Assembly (NCBI GenBank): GCA_047285535.1
Contig: JBJBDC010000001.1
Coordinates: forward strand, 2,048,136-2,112,135
DNA: 64,000 bases
Source of the DNA: Synechococcus sp.
GTDB taxonomy: Bacteria; Cyanobacteriota; Cyanobacteriia; PCC-6307; Cyanobiaceae
Reading direction: 5' to 3'
Part shown: one piece after another, positions 1 to 10,248 of the stretch
Position numbering within the stretch: the first letter of the stretch is position 1
Layout of the letters: each line of letters starts with the position of its first letter
The notes under the pieces: generated by a model
The model's input: the letters and a program-made list of their open reading frames with translations, nothing else
What the model was told of the DNA's origin: nothing
Database searches by the model: none
Position numbers and translations under genes: made by a program

Positions 1-2
1 AT

Positions 3-1394
3 CAAAACAGCCCAGACATCCTTGAGCAGTACCCCCGTCTCAACCCTGTGATCGGCTTTGGCTCCAGTGCCTGGGGAAGCAATGCCAGCGGCACCACGCT
101 GGGACAAGCGGCTGGCCTGATTCTTGGTGATGCCTCTTTTTTCCTACCGATCAGCCAAAGCCAGGGCAGCAAACTTTTTTATAACTACTCAACAGCGAGC
201 AGCAATTTCGACACCTCCTGGGGAGCGAGCACCGAATTTGGATACAAATGGTTCGACCCCAATAATCGCAGCATCAGCTCCGTCCTGGTGGGCTATGACG
301 GCTGGAAGACTTCTGGATGCTTTCATTCACAGCTCGCGATTGGAGGGCAATGGCAGAAGGATCGCTGGCAATTTGGCGCGACCGGAGGTATTCCCGTCGA
401 CGGTTGCGACAACAACCTCGGATTTGCCATCGGTCAGATAGGAGTTCCCATCATCGATCTTGGCGAACAATCTGTTCTCCTCTCTCTATCTCCCTACGTG
501 ATGCATGGCATCGGCAACACCTATGGCGGAGGCAGGATCGGACTCAACGTTCCCGTAGGCGAGAGTGTCAACCTCTCGGCTTATGGTCAATACGACGAGC
601 TCCTTGACACCGTCATCGGCGGGCAGATCAGCTACCGCTTTGGCACCAACGGGGGATTCGTCAATGACCCCAACATGCAACCTGCGCGTACCACACCAGT
701 TCCCTGGCAATCAGCTGAATTCAATGAATTCAAAACCGGTCGCCCAATACAGCTGGCGTTAGGGGGTGATGCGTCCATGGTCAGTCCACTTGTGACGACA
801 GACTCAGGCGCTCTGGCCAATCAGCCCTCGGGCGAGGAATCAAGTATCACTCTCCAAGCTGGAGAAGAAGCTGTTTTTGATGCTGATGGCAACCTCCTCA
901 GCCGTAATGCAATGTCTCGAGAACAATTTGCCCAACTCGTTTTCGAGAATATGGACGGTCAGAATCTTTTGCCAGAAAGCCACGTCATCAGCTTGATCTA
1001 TCAAGAGCTCTATGGCTTGCCGAATCCACAGCTGTTATCGATTCTTGGATCCGATTGGCTCGTTGCAGCACGCAGACCTTATCCCCGCCTACGAGCCGCT
1101 AATAGCCTCGTCATACCCGAGAACAAGTTACCTAAAGAAGAAGAAGTTGTAGAAGAAGTTGTAGAAGAAGAAGTTGTAGAAGAAGAGCCTGAGCCAGAGC
1201 CAATAGTTTTAACCTACGTCTGTAAAGCAATCGTCGACCAAGGTCCCAGCTACAACTACTACGTCGGTAGCACTGAAGGCGGACCTTTCTCCTCAGCAGT
1301 TCGATTCACCGTACAATCACCAAGTCAACCTTCATGCCAAGGTCTTTTTGCTGGAGTATTTAATGATGCAGTTACTAGCCCTGAACTTATTTAA
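3..1394 (+). CDS. Putative surface or outer-membrane protein, 5'-truncated by the window edge. Beta-barrel-like N-terminal region (inverse-autotransporter beta-domain-like), Glu/Pro-rich linker and short two-Cys C-terminal domain
   Basis: The frame of ORF 48..1394 is open back to base 3 (QNSPDILEQYPRLNPV). Alternating aromatic/Gly beta-strand patterns (FGYKWF, LVGYDG, IGGQWQ, LSAYGQYD, IGGQISYRF). EEEVVEEVVEEEVVEEEPEPEP linker. Confidence 0.5.
   Translation, partial: QNSPDILEQYPRLNPVIGFGSSAWGSNASGTTLGQAAGLILGDASFFLPISQSQGSKLFYNYSTASSNFDTSWGASTEFGYKWFDPNNRSISSVLVGYDGWKTSGCFHSQLAIGGQWQKDRWQFGATGGIPVDGCDNNLGFAIGQIGVPIIDLGEQSVLLSLSPYVMHGIGNTYGGGRIGLNVPVGESVNLSAYGQYDELLDTVIGGQISYRFGTNGGFVNDPNMQPARTTPVPWQSAEFNEFKTGRPIQLALGGDASMVSPLVTTDSGALANQPSGEESSITLQAGEEAVFDADGNLLSRNAMSREQFAQLVFENMDGQNLLPESHVISLIYQELYGLPNPQLLSILGSDWLVAARRPYPRLRAANSLVIPENKLPKEEEVVEEVVEEEVVEEEPEPEPIVLTYVCKAIVDQGPSYNYYVGSTEGGPFSSAVRFTVQSPSQPSCQGLFAGVFNDAVTSPELI
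1135..1202 (+). repeat. Intragenic tandem repeat (GAAGAAGTTGTA-type units, then GAGCC[T/A] x3) encoding an acidic/Pro linker
   Basis: Seen directly: gaagaagaagttgtagaagaagttgtagaagaagaagttgtagaagaagagcctgagccagagcca. Confidence 0.85.
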
Positions 1395-1644
1395 CTCCAA
1401 TTATTTGTTTCAAACTGCTAGCCAGCAAATTGCAAGGGCCACCAACGCATTAGCAAAGCAAGATGCTTGATAGATCAGAATGAAGCAGCGTACATCCGAC
1501 GATTGCTCATTGATAAAGCCGAAACAAGCTAGAGATCAAGCCAAACCATGAACATGCTGATTCACTTCTGCCAATCGGGGTACAGGCAGAAACTGAGTTG
1601 ATAGTCGGAGAGATTCTGTCTAGACAGACTGACTGATCCGAACT

Positions 1645-2313
1645 TTGGCCATGCAACTCAAATTGCGAGAACGCCTACAGAACTTGAAGATGGTGGCCGC
1701 TCTGGCCAGCTTTCTGAAAACTCCAGGGTCTTTAGACAGCGTGTTTGCTGTTGCCGACAGTGTCAAAGACGGTCCTTTAGGTGAACAGGCCGTTCGCCAC
1801 CTGCTCTCTGACAGCCACTTCAAAGCCCTCGTAGATGAAGGCTGGAGACCTGAGCCGATTGATCTGCAACAACTACAGAGCCTTCCGGAGGGCAGCCTCG
1901 GACGTTGCTACGCCGATCAGCTGATCAGCCAGGGCATCACTCCCGAGACCCTGATTGATCCAACACCCGTCACCAATGTCACTGAGTTTGTCGTTCATCG
2001 AGTGCGGGAAACTCACGACATTGTTCATGTGCTCACCGGTTTTGGGCTTGACGGCGATAGCGAAATAGGCCTGCAGGGCTTCAACCTCGCCCAGAACCGC
2101 TCACCGGTTGCTGTCATGTTGATCTTTGGCGCAATGTTAAGCGGCCTTCAAAACGATGAACCACTCGAGCCCCTTCTGCGTGCCCTGGCTCACGGTTTTC
2201 AGATGGGACTCGATGCCGAACTCGTGATCAGCCGAAAGCTGGAGGAAGGCTGGGAGCGACCACTCAAAGACTGGCGAGAAGAACTGAAATTACCTTCAGT
2301 CACTCAGAGCTGA
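1645..2313 (+). CDS. Coq4 family protein
   Basis: Coq4 metal motif HDxxH-x11-E (RETHDIVHVLTGFGLDGDSE), plus LPEGSLG and WERPLxxWREEL segments. Confidence 0.85.
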   Translation: MAMQLKLRERLQNLKMVAALASFLKTPGSLDSVFAVADSVKDGPLGEQAVRHLLSDSHFKALVDEGWRPEPIDLQQLQSLPEGSLGRCYADQLISQGITPETLIDPTPVTNVTEFVVHRVRETHDIVHVLTGFGLDGDSEIGLQGFNLAQNRSPVAVMLIFGAMLSGLQNDEPLEPLLRALAHGFQMGLDAELVISRKLEEGWERPLKDWREELKLPSVTQS

Positions 2314-2452
2314 GCACTAAAGGATGAGCGCTGCAGGCCAAAGAATCACATTGCAATCTCAATACTGAATCAACGCTGAGAGCTTTCACTAAACCATCAC
2401 AACTATGGTGAGAGTAGATGTTTGCAACCACTTAAGAAGACTGAAAAAATGA

Positions 2453-5400
2453 TCAAACCTCAGGTTTCACTGGTGGAGGCTCTTTAGACAGTCTAGCTTC
2501 CAGACTTTTAATGAAAACATAGACAGAAGGTACAACACCTAAAGAAAGAATGGTACCTACGAGAAGGCCCCCAAATACAACCGTGCCGATCGATTGCTGA
2601 GCATTCGCTCCAGCATTCCTTGCAACCACAAGGGGAAAGAAACCTGCCAAAGAGGCAATGGATGTCATCAGAATTGGGCGCAATCGAGATTTAGCAGCTT
2701 CGAGCGCTGCTTTAGCTGCCCCCAAGCCATCGGCCATACGTTGATCAGCAAATTCCACAACAAGGATGGCATTCTTTGCAGCAAGACCAATCAGCATAAG
2801 CAAACCCACCTGAGAAAATATATTGAGATCCATAGATCTCATCTTTACAAAAACTAGGCTTCCCAATATAGCCAAAGGAACAGTCAATAAAATCGTAGTA
2901 GACGTGATGTAGCTTTCATAGTTTGCTGAAAGAATCAAGAATACTGCCAAACCAGCCAATGAAAACAAGAATAAGATCTGCCCACCTGATTGAAGCTGAG
3001 TTCGAGCAAGTCCGTCGAATTGGATACCCAGTTCTTTGAAATTATTTTCCGCAAACACATCCTGAAGGCGACTAATCACTTGTCCTTGAGAAAATCCAGG
3101 GGCAGCCTTAATGGAGAATTTAACCGACCTATCGAATTGGAAATGGTCAATTGATGGAGGGGCACTAATTAATTCAGCATCAGCGAATTGCCTTATTTTA
3201 ACCATATTGCCATTATTTGACTGAACAGAGTAATTCAAAAGGTCCTTAATTTCGCGCCTACCCATTGAATCACTAATGATTCGAACATCCCTGACACCAC
3301 CAGGAATCGATGTCTGACTCGCTCTGAAACCCCCAGCAAGATCTGCGAGTGTTGTCATCGCCTTATCAAAATCAACGCCTAGAGACGAAAGCTTAGAACG
3401 ATCAATCACCAACTCGTAAGCAGGCGCATCAGGAGAAAAGAGTATATTAATACTGGCAATTGATGGATCTTTTTGAGCCGAGTCTCTGATGCGCTGGGCA
3501 AATTCAAGTAACTCTTCAAATGTGTACCTCTTATTACTCTTATCTACAAGCAACATAGTAATCGAAGAATCCTGTGCAACGTTAATCATTGGCGGCTGAA
3601 AAAATATCGGAGGGATAGCCGTTGGCAAAGGAAATAATTTTGCGCCCAGTGATCGTGCCTGTGCATCTGCACCTTGTGATTTCTTAGGACGTTCCTTAAG
3701 ATCCTTTAAAGAGACAAAAACGTTCATTTGTTCTGGGCGGTTGCCAGACCCTGCAACAACAATTGCATCTTTGATAGCAGAGTCTTTCGACTGCTTATCT
3801 TGTTTCAAAATAGAAGAGGCTTGGGCAGCAACCTTGGCCGTTGCGGGGAGGGATGCACCTGAAGCTAACTGCATGAATCCAAACAATTGTTTCATATCTT
3901 CTTGAGGTATCAAACCTGTAGGAGTTGAGTTAAACAAGAAGATCGTGAGGATGAAAGCTGGAACCAAGCAAGCCGTCACGACACGATATTTCTGAATCAA
4001 ATACCCCACAAGACCTGCAAACCTTTTTTCAAGTGCGGCGTATACAGACTCAAAGGCCTGGAATACTTTATTGAGATAAAACCCAACAAGACCAAAGGAA
4101 GCGATCGCAATTGGTACGATTAAATTACCGAAGTTTGCACGAGTGAACATTCCGAACAATGACCCTACAATCAAACCTCCGATCCCAGTAATCCATTTAG
4201 ATGCGGTTTTTTGATCACCAGGAAGGAGTATCAAGCCTGCCATCATGGGCGAAAATGTTAGAGCATTAAATGTAGATATTGCAATCGCAAAAATAATCGT
4301 AACGGCAAATTGTTGATAGATCTGTCCTACAGACGAAGCAACCAACGTGACCGGCAAAAACATCGTAATCAGGACCAGAGATGTGGAGAACACCGCACCT
4401 GAAAGCTCATTCATGGTGGAGAATGCAGCTTGCTTTGGTGGCATACCTGCTTCTATATTTTTAGACACAGACTCAACCACCAAGATTGCATCATCAACCA
4501 CTAAACCGGTAGCAAGAACCAGTCCGGTTAGAGTTAGAAAATTTAGAGAAAAGTCAAATAGGCCTAAAAACAGAAAAGTACCAACAATCGCCACTGGAAT
4601 AGCCAGGGCAGGAATTAAGACTGTTCGCCACTTTTTTAAAAATAAGACAAGAGTGACCAATACCAAGATAACGGCCAATCCAAGGGCATCGGTTACATTT
4701 TGAATAGATTCTAAGATGAAAGATTTTTGATCTTGCATATTCACAACCCGAATACCAGGTGGAGCTACTTCTTTGAAGTTGTTGATAACTTGTTCTATAT
4801 CTTGCGAAACCTGGACAGCATTACTACCTGATTTTTGATTAATATTTATATAGCTTGCAGGATAACCATCCAAAGTTCTCAAAGATTGGGATGGATCTGA
4901 AATATATTTAACGGTACCGATATCTTTCACTCGAATCAGCGCTCCGGAGGGAGCTGTTTTCACTGCAAGATTTTCAAATTCCTCTACTGTCTGAACATAC
5001 CCGCCGTCTTTAACCAGTACCGGATAGGAGTAAGAAGCATCATCAGTAATGTAAGGAGCCCCTACATTACCGGCTGATGATGGAGAATTTTGTGATCGTA
5101 TTTGTTTATCAATATCATCAATTGTCAAATCATAGGCTTTGAGCAAATCAGGATCTAAAAACAGCTGAAATCGGGAATCTCCAGGATAAATAGTGACTGT
5201 ACCTATACCATTAATAACCTGAAGTTGTTTTTTCAGATTATCCTCGACCAAGGTTGCAAGATATACTGAATTATATTGGCCTTGATCAGATGTAATCATA
5301 TAGCCACTGAGTGCTGTGTCAGAAGACTGGGTAACGGTAACACCCATATCTTGCGTTGTTTGTGGTAACATTCGGATTCCTTTTTGAATGCGATTTTGCG

Positions 5401-5722
5401 CATCCAACATTGCCGTATCTGCAGAGGTTTCCGGGTACAAATACAAATTTATCGAACTAGAACCTGGGGTTGAACTTGATGTCAAGTAATCCACGCCAGG
5501 AGTATCGGAGAGCAAATTCTCTAACGGATCAGTAACTGATTTCTCAACAATATTGGCATTTCCACCCTGATAAGTAGCATTAACTTGTATCTGAGGTTGC
5601 GAAACATCAGGCACAAATTCAATTGGCAGCGTTTGATAAACAACCAGTCCAGCAATAAAAATTGCAAGACTGCAAACACTCGTGAGAACGGGTCTTTTTA
5701 TAAAGGGATCGGCAAATGACAT
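2453..5722 (-). CDS. RND efflux transporter permease (AcrB/HAE1 family)
   Basis: 1089 aa. N-terminal FIKRPV. Proton-relay motifs GLVVDDAILVVE and GLAAKNAILVVEF. RLRPILMT. Confidence 0.95.
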   Translation of the reverse strand: MSFADPFIKRPVLTSVCSLAIFIAGLVVYQTLPIEFVPDVSQPQIQVNATYQGGNANIVEKSVTDPLENLLSDTPGVDYLTSSSTPGSSSINLYLYPETSADTAMLDAQNRIQKGIRMLPQTTQDMGVTVTQSSDTALSGYMITSDQGQYNSVYLATLVEDNLKKQLQVINGIGTVTIYPGDSRFQLFLDPDLLKAYDLTIDDIDKQIRSQNSPSSAGNVGAPYITDDASYSYPVLVKDGGYVQTVEEFENLAVKTAPSGALIRVKDIGTVKYISDPSQSLRTLDGYPASYININQKSGSNAVQVSQDIEQVINNFKEVAPPGIRVVNMQDQKSFILESIQNVTDALGLAVILVLVTLVLFLKKWRTVLIPALAIPVAIVGTFLFLGLFDFSLNFLTLTGLVLATGLVVDDAILVVESVSKNIEAGMPPKQAAFSTMNELSGAVFSTSLVLITMFLPVTLVASSVGQIYQQFAVTIIFAIAISTFNALTFSPMMAGLILLPGDQKTASKWITGIGGLIVGSLFGMFTRANFGNLIVPIAIASFGLVGFYLNKVFQAFESVYAALEKRFAGLVGYLIQKYRVVTACLVPAFILTIFLFNSTPTGLIPQEDMKQLFGFMQLASGASLPATAKVAAQASSILKQDKQSKDSAIKDAIVVAGSGNRPEQMNVFVSLKDLKERPKKSQGADAQARSLGAKLFPLPTAIPPIFFQPPMINVAQDSSITMLLVDKSNKRYTFEELLEFAQRIRDSAQKDPSIASINILFSPDAPAYELVIDRSKLSSLGVDFDKAMTTLADLAGGFRASQTSIPGGVRDVRIISDSMGRREIKDLLNYSVQSNNGNMVKIRQFADAELISAPPSIDHFQFDRSVKFSIKAAPGFSQGQVISRLQDVFAENNFKELGIQFDGLARTQLQSGGQILFLFSLAGLAVFLILSANYESYITSTTILLTVPLAILGSLVFVKMRSMDLNIFSQVGLLMLIGLAAKNAILVVEFADQRMADGLGAAKAALEAAKSRLRPILMTSIASLAGFFPLVVARNAGANAQQSIGTVVFGGLLVGTILSLGVVPSVYVFIKSLEARLSKEPPPVKPEV

Positions 5723-5726
5723 CAGA

Positions 5727-6896
5727 TTATTTTCCTGGAGGATTTGGTATAATTTTGACCGGCATTCCGCTGCTCAATACTTTTGTCTGGCTAATTGCCA
5801 CCTTGTCACCTGCCACCAATCCTTTTAGCACCGGAAACTGGTTGTCCTGAAGCTCGCCTAAAGCAATAGGCGATTCAACAGCTATTAAAGAATTGGGAGA
5901 CAATGCTTTCAGAGGTTTACTTTGTTTTTCATCAAGCTTATTCAAGCGAAGAAAAGTATTAACAGGAATAAGCTTAAACACAAAGGCTTGCTGCGCTTTC
6001 ATCGTAATTGCACCAGTAGGAATGGCCGGCAGATTGCGGACTCCAGTTTGGATTTCCGAACGCAACAACTGACCAGGCTTAAGACCAGCCTGTATATTTG
6101 GGAACGAAGCTTGAACGGTCAATGTATTTGCTGGAGTAGAAGAATTGCCGTCAGAATTAAAATCAAAGAATGGAGCCACATAATCAACTTGTCCCTCCGC
6201 AATAGGTGTGTCTGAGTCTCCTGAATAGATCCGAGTAGACTGACCCAAATTAATAGATTTTGCCTGAGCTGCAGGAACCTTCATTGTAACGATGAGCTCG
6301 TCATTATTAACAAGACCCATTAATGGCTTACCTTGTTCTATATAAGCGCCTACATTGACGATAAAGTCAGACCCAATAACGCCATCAAAAGGTGCTTTGA
6401 TATAGCGATGGCTCAAGTCAACCTGGGATCCTATAAATGCACTTGCCTTAGAAATTGCCTGGATTTTCTTTTCTTCAGCTTGTACGGGCGGAACCGCTCC
6501 AACATCTGCCAAGTATTGATATCGAGAGGCCTGAAGCTTGGCTTCCTGAGCTTCTGCTTTTGCAGTGGCAAGGTCGGCAACTTGTGACTGATTCTCCAAC
6601 GCAAGCATCACCTGACCCTTTTGGACCTTTTGACCGGCCTTAACTAAGACTTGAGTGACGATGCCACTTACGGACGGCATAAATGGAATAAAATTATTAT
6701 TTCCTATCGTTCCTTCAGTACTAACAACCTGCCTAAAGTTCTTTTTAACAATCGTATCCGCATACAAAGGCAGGGGCTGAGGAGCTTTCGATTGAGAACT
6801 GCAACCAACAACCAATAGGCTAAATGAAAGACAAACCAAGGACAAAGAATACTTTTGCCTACAGGTTTGTCTTAGCGATTGAAGCTGCAAAATCAT
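5727..6896 (-). CDS. RND periplasmic adaptor (membrane fusion protein), lipoprotein
   Basis: Lipobox LVVGC. Lipoyl-like motifs VSGIVTQVLVKAGQKVQKGQ and IKAPFDGVIG. Directly upstream of the RND permease. Confidence 0.9.
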   Translation of the reverse strand: MILQLQSLRQTCRQKYSLSLVCLSFSLLVVGCSSQSKAPQPLPLYADTIVKKNFRQVVSTEGTIGNNNFIPFMPSVSGIVTQVLVKAGQKVQKGQVMLALENQSQVADLATAKAEAQEAKLQASRYQYLADVGAVPPVQAEEKKIQAISKASAFIGSQVDLSHRYIKAPFDGVIGSDFIVNVGAYIEQGKPLMGLVNNDELIVTMKVPAAQAKSINLGQSTRIYSGDSDTPIAEGQVDYVAPFFDFNSDGNSSTPANTLTVQASFPNIQAGLKPGQLLRSEIQTGVRNLPAIPTGAITMKAQQAFVFKLIPVNTFLRLNKLDEKQSKPLKALSPNSLIAVESPIALGELQDNQFPVLKGLVAGDKVAISQTKVLSSGMPVKIIPNPPGK

Positions 6897-7110
6897 CGCC
6901 TGGCAAATTCCTGTGAACTATAGAGCTTATGTCTGAAAACTGCATGAAAATTTGATGAGGATGCGTTCCTGTCAGCACATTCAACACTGTGAAACGCACA
7001 TCGATCTCTATCTTTTATCCGCAAAGGAACAATCTTTCATAGGCAAATTGAAACTTAAGGTTGAGGCCATGATGAATCACAGCTTCAACCAAAGCCACGC
7101 AAAGCCGTCT

Positions 7111-9789
7111 TCATTCCAAACTCTTCTTTAATTCAGCGCGCGCTGTCTTGAGTGCGCCATCCAGTGCCGCACCATCACGACCTCCTGCCTGAGCCAGGTT
7201 TGGACGGCCACCACCCCCACCACCGCAGATCTTGGCAATAGCTCCGATGAATTTGCCGGCTTGCAGACCCTTGGCAATAACCAAAGTCCCAAACGCAGCT
7301 ATCAGAATGACTTTTCCTTGATCACTCGGATCAGGACATCCCCCCAATACAACAGCAGTGGCATCCCCCAGCTGATCCAGCAATCCCTGGGCTGCTCCCT
7401 GCAGACCAGCACCATCCACACCATCAAGGCGAGCCACCAACAGTTGAGAGTCACCAACGGCAACGGCTTGCGTTTCTAATGCCGCAGACTTGGCAACCGC
7501 CAATTCAGCGCGAGCGGCAACCAAAGCTTTTTGACTGCTCTTGAGCTCCTCCTGCAGTGCCGAAACACGATCAACAATTTCTGCAGGCTGGGCTTTAAAC
7601 AGTTCTCCCAACCGCTTCACCACCCCATCTCGCTCCTTGAGATAGGCAAGGACCGAAGGCCCTGCTACAGCTTCAATTCTGCGGATACCAGCAGCAACTC
7701 CACTTTCACTCACGATCTTGAATAAACCGATCTCTGCCGTATTACGCACATGGGTGCCTCCGCAGAGCTCCATCGACACACCGGGGACGTCAACAACACG
7801 CACGACATCGGAGTATTTCTCACCAAACATCGCTACCGCGCCAGCGGCTTTGGCTTGATCAATCGCCATCTCATTCACTTCAAGCGTGTGTGCATCGCTG
7901 ATCCAGCCATTGATCAAGGTTTCAATCTGCTCGAGCTCCTCAGCTTTCACAGCCCTTGAGGAATGAAAATCAAAGCGCAATCGCTCAAAATCCACGAGTG
8001 ATCCAGCCTGTCCAATCCCCGGATCGACCACCTGTTTCAACGCTGCTTGCAGCAGATGTGTTGCCGTGTGATTGGCCTGTGCTCGACGGCGGCAGGCGCG
8101 ATCCACCCTGCCATGCACAACATCACCGACTTGAAGATTGCCGCGCTCGACTCGACCGCTATGCACAAACACACTGCGATTACGACTCACAGCATCAATC
8201 ACCACAATCAAGCCACTGCCGTCTGGACCAGGACCGGCCAGGATTCCACGATCACCAACTTGACCTCCACCTTCTCCATAAAAAGGCGTGGTATCAAGCA
8301 CCACCTGGACCGCATCGCCAGCCTGTGCCTGCGTTGCAGACACACCATTGACGACCAGTGCTTGCACACAGCTGCTCTGCTCCAGGTGCTCATATCCGCT
8401 AAATTCAGTATCTGCAAGGCCAATAGCCACTTGATCAATGGCATCTTGCAGCGTCAGGTCAATGCTCACAGCCGCGGCCTTGGCTCTCTGACGCTGCTCC
8501 TTCATCGCCTGCTCAAATCCATCCAAATCGACACTCAGACCCTGCTCTTCGGCAATTTCCTGGGTGAGTTCGAGAGGGAAGCCAAAGGTGTCATACAGCT
8601 CAAAAGCTTGAGGACCTGAAATCTCCGTTGGCTTGGTTGCCAATACATCGGCCAATAGCTTTTCTCCGCGCTCCAAAGTCTCCAGAAACCGTGCTTCCTC
8701 GCGTTGAAGCTCCGCCAAGATCACCGCCTTACGTTCCGTGAGCTGTGGATAAGCGTTGCCCATCAACGCTATCGACGCCTCGCCCATCGCCATCAGAAAT
8801 GGTTTGTCGATCCCAAGGAGCCGTCCATGCCGTACCACCCGCCTGAGGAGACGTCTGAGGATGTAGCCCCGTCCAAGATTACTTGCGGTGACACCATCAC
8901 AAATCAGCTGCGTGATCGCCCTGCTGTGATCACCGATCACCTTGAGCGATGTTTTTCCCTTCTCGTCTAGCTGGTGATACTCAAGGCCCGCCATCTCTCC
9001 TGCAGCCCTGATCAAGGGAAAAATCAGATCCGTTTCGTAGTTGTTTGGAACCCGCTGCAAGATTTGAGCCATACGCTCCAGGCCCATTCCGGTATCGATA
9101 TTGCGATTCTCAAGAGGCGTGAGCACCCCGTCGGCATCACGGTTGTATTGCATGAACACCAAGTTGTAGAACTCGATGAAGCGGCTGTCGTCCTCAAGAT
9201 CGATGCCCTCATCACCCATCTCAGGCTTGAAGTCGTAATAGATCTCCGAACACGGTCCACAGGGCCCGGTGGGGCCTGATGCCCAGAAGTTGTCAGCCTC
9301 ATCCATGCGAATGATCCGCTTGGGGTTGACGCCAACCACATCCCGCCAGATCTGTTCTGCCTCATCGTCCTCCCTGAAAACGCTCACCACCAAATGCTTT
9401 GGATCAATGGCGTAGATCCCCGTACTGAGCTCCCAGGCCCACTCAATCGCCTGTTGCTTGAAATAATCACCGAAGGAAAAATTGCCAAGCATCTCAAAAA
9501 ACGTGTGATGCCGAGCCGTGCGTCCAACGTTCTCGATATCATTTGTACGTATACATTTTTGGCTGGTCGTAGCCCGCGCCGAGGGTCGCTCCACTTGGCC
9601 CAAAAACACGGGTTTAAACGGCAGCATTCCTGCAATCGTGAGCAACACGGTGGGATCCTCAGGAACCAGCGAAGCGCTCGGCATGACGATGTGTTCACGC
9701 GACTGATAGAAAGCCAAAAATGCAGCTCGAATCTCGTCACCTGTGCGGGGAGTGGCACCGGCGGAACGCGACGAACGTGCAACAGCCAT
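7111..9789 (-). CDS. alaS: Alanine--tRNA ligase
   Basis: DPTVLLTIAGMLPFKP, HHTFFEMLGNFSFGDYFK, NHTATHLL, ELCGGTHV, GGGGGRPNLAQAGG. Start placed at ATG 9789; the ORF track starts at 9825. Confidence 0.98.
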   Translation of the reverse strand: MAVARSSRSAGATPRTGDEIRAAFLAFYQSREHIVMPSASLVPEDPTVLLTIAGMLPFKPVFLGQVERPSARATTSQKCIRTNDIENVGRTARHHTFFEMLGNFSFGDYFKQQAIEWAWELSTGIYAIDPKHLVVSVFREDDEAEQIWRDVVGVNPKRIIRMDEADNFWASGPTGPCGPCSEIYYDFKPEMGDEGIDLEDDSRFIEFYNLVFMQYNRDADGVLTPLENRNIDTGMGLERMAQILQRVPNNYETDLIFPLIRAAGEMAGLEYHQLDEKGKTSLKVIGDHSRAITQLICDGVTASNLGRGYILRRLLRRVVRHGRLLGIDKPFLMAMGEASIALMGNAYPQLTERKAVILAELQREEARFLETLERGEKLLADVLATKPTEISGPQAFELYDTFGFPLELTQEIAEEQGLSVDLDGFEQAMKEQRQRAKAAAVSIDLTLQDAIDQVAIGLADTEFSGYEHLEQSSCVQALVVNGVSATQAQAGDAVQVVLDTTPFYGEGGGQVGDRGILAGPGPDGSGLIVVIDAVSRNRSVFVHSGRVERGNLQVGDVVHGRVDRACRRRAQANHTATHLLQAALKQVVDPGIGQAGSLVDFERLRFDFHSSRAVKAEELEQIETLINGWISDAHTLEVNEMAIDQAKAAGAVAMFGEKYSDVVRVVDVPGVSMELCGGTHVRNTAEIGLFKIVSESGVAAGIRRIEAVAGPSVLAYLKERDGVVKRLGELFKAQPAEIVDRVSALQEELKSSQKALVAARAELAVAKSAALETQAVAVGDSQLLVARLDGVDGAGLQGAAQGLLDQLGDATAVVLGGCPDPSDQGKVILIAAFGTLVIAKGLQAGKFIGAIAKICGGGGGGRPNLAQAGGRDGAALDGALKTARAELKKSLE

Positions 9790-10248
9790 GACGGATTCCG
9801 CGAAGACAGCAGATAGAAAAGCCATGATCGCCCCTGACGCCGCCGGGCCCCCTCGTCGCGCCGTCTCTTTTCATCGAAAGCAGCGATTGACTGAGGCTCT
9901 TCTCCATGGGCCAGGCCTCCCCCTATCGCATAGCAGCAGAGCTTCTATTCTTTTCTTTCCCCGCCAGGACTCCAGACTGTCAACATTGCTTGGACACCAG
10001 TAGTTGCAACTTGTTTGATGGCCTTTTAGCTTTTCACCAAGAGACTATCAACTCCAGGATCTGCCATTCGCAATCGGGAGTTTTGGCTCTGTTCATGGGT
10101 TAAGAAGCCTGAGGATGCCCTTACCCCCCCTTGGCAAAAGCCAACACCCTGGCATTATTAGGACGGATCTCCTCATCGAGTGGTTGCCGTTGATCGGTAG
10201 TGCACTCCTGCTTCACGGAACCCAAAGCATGTTTTCTGCGTCGCGGCC

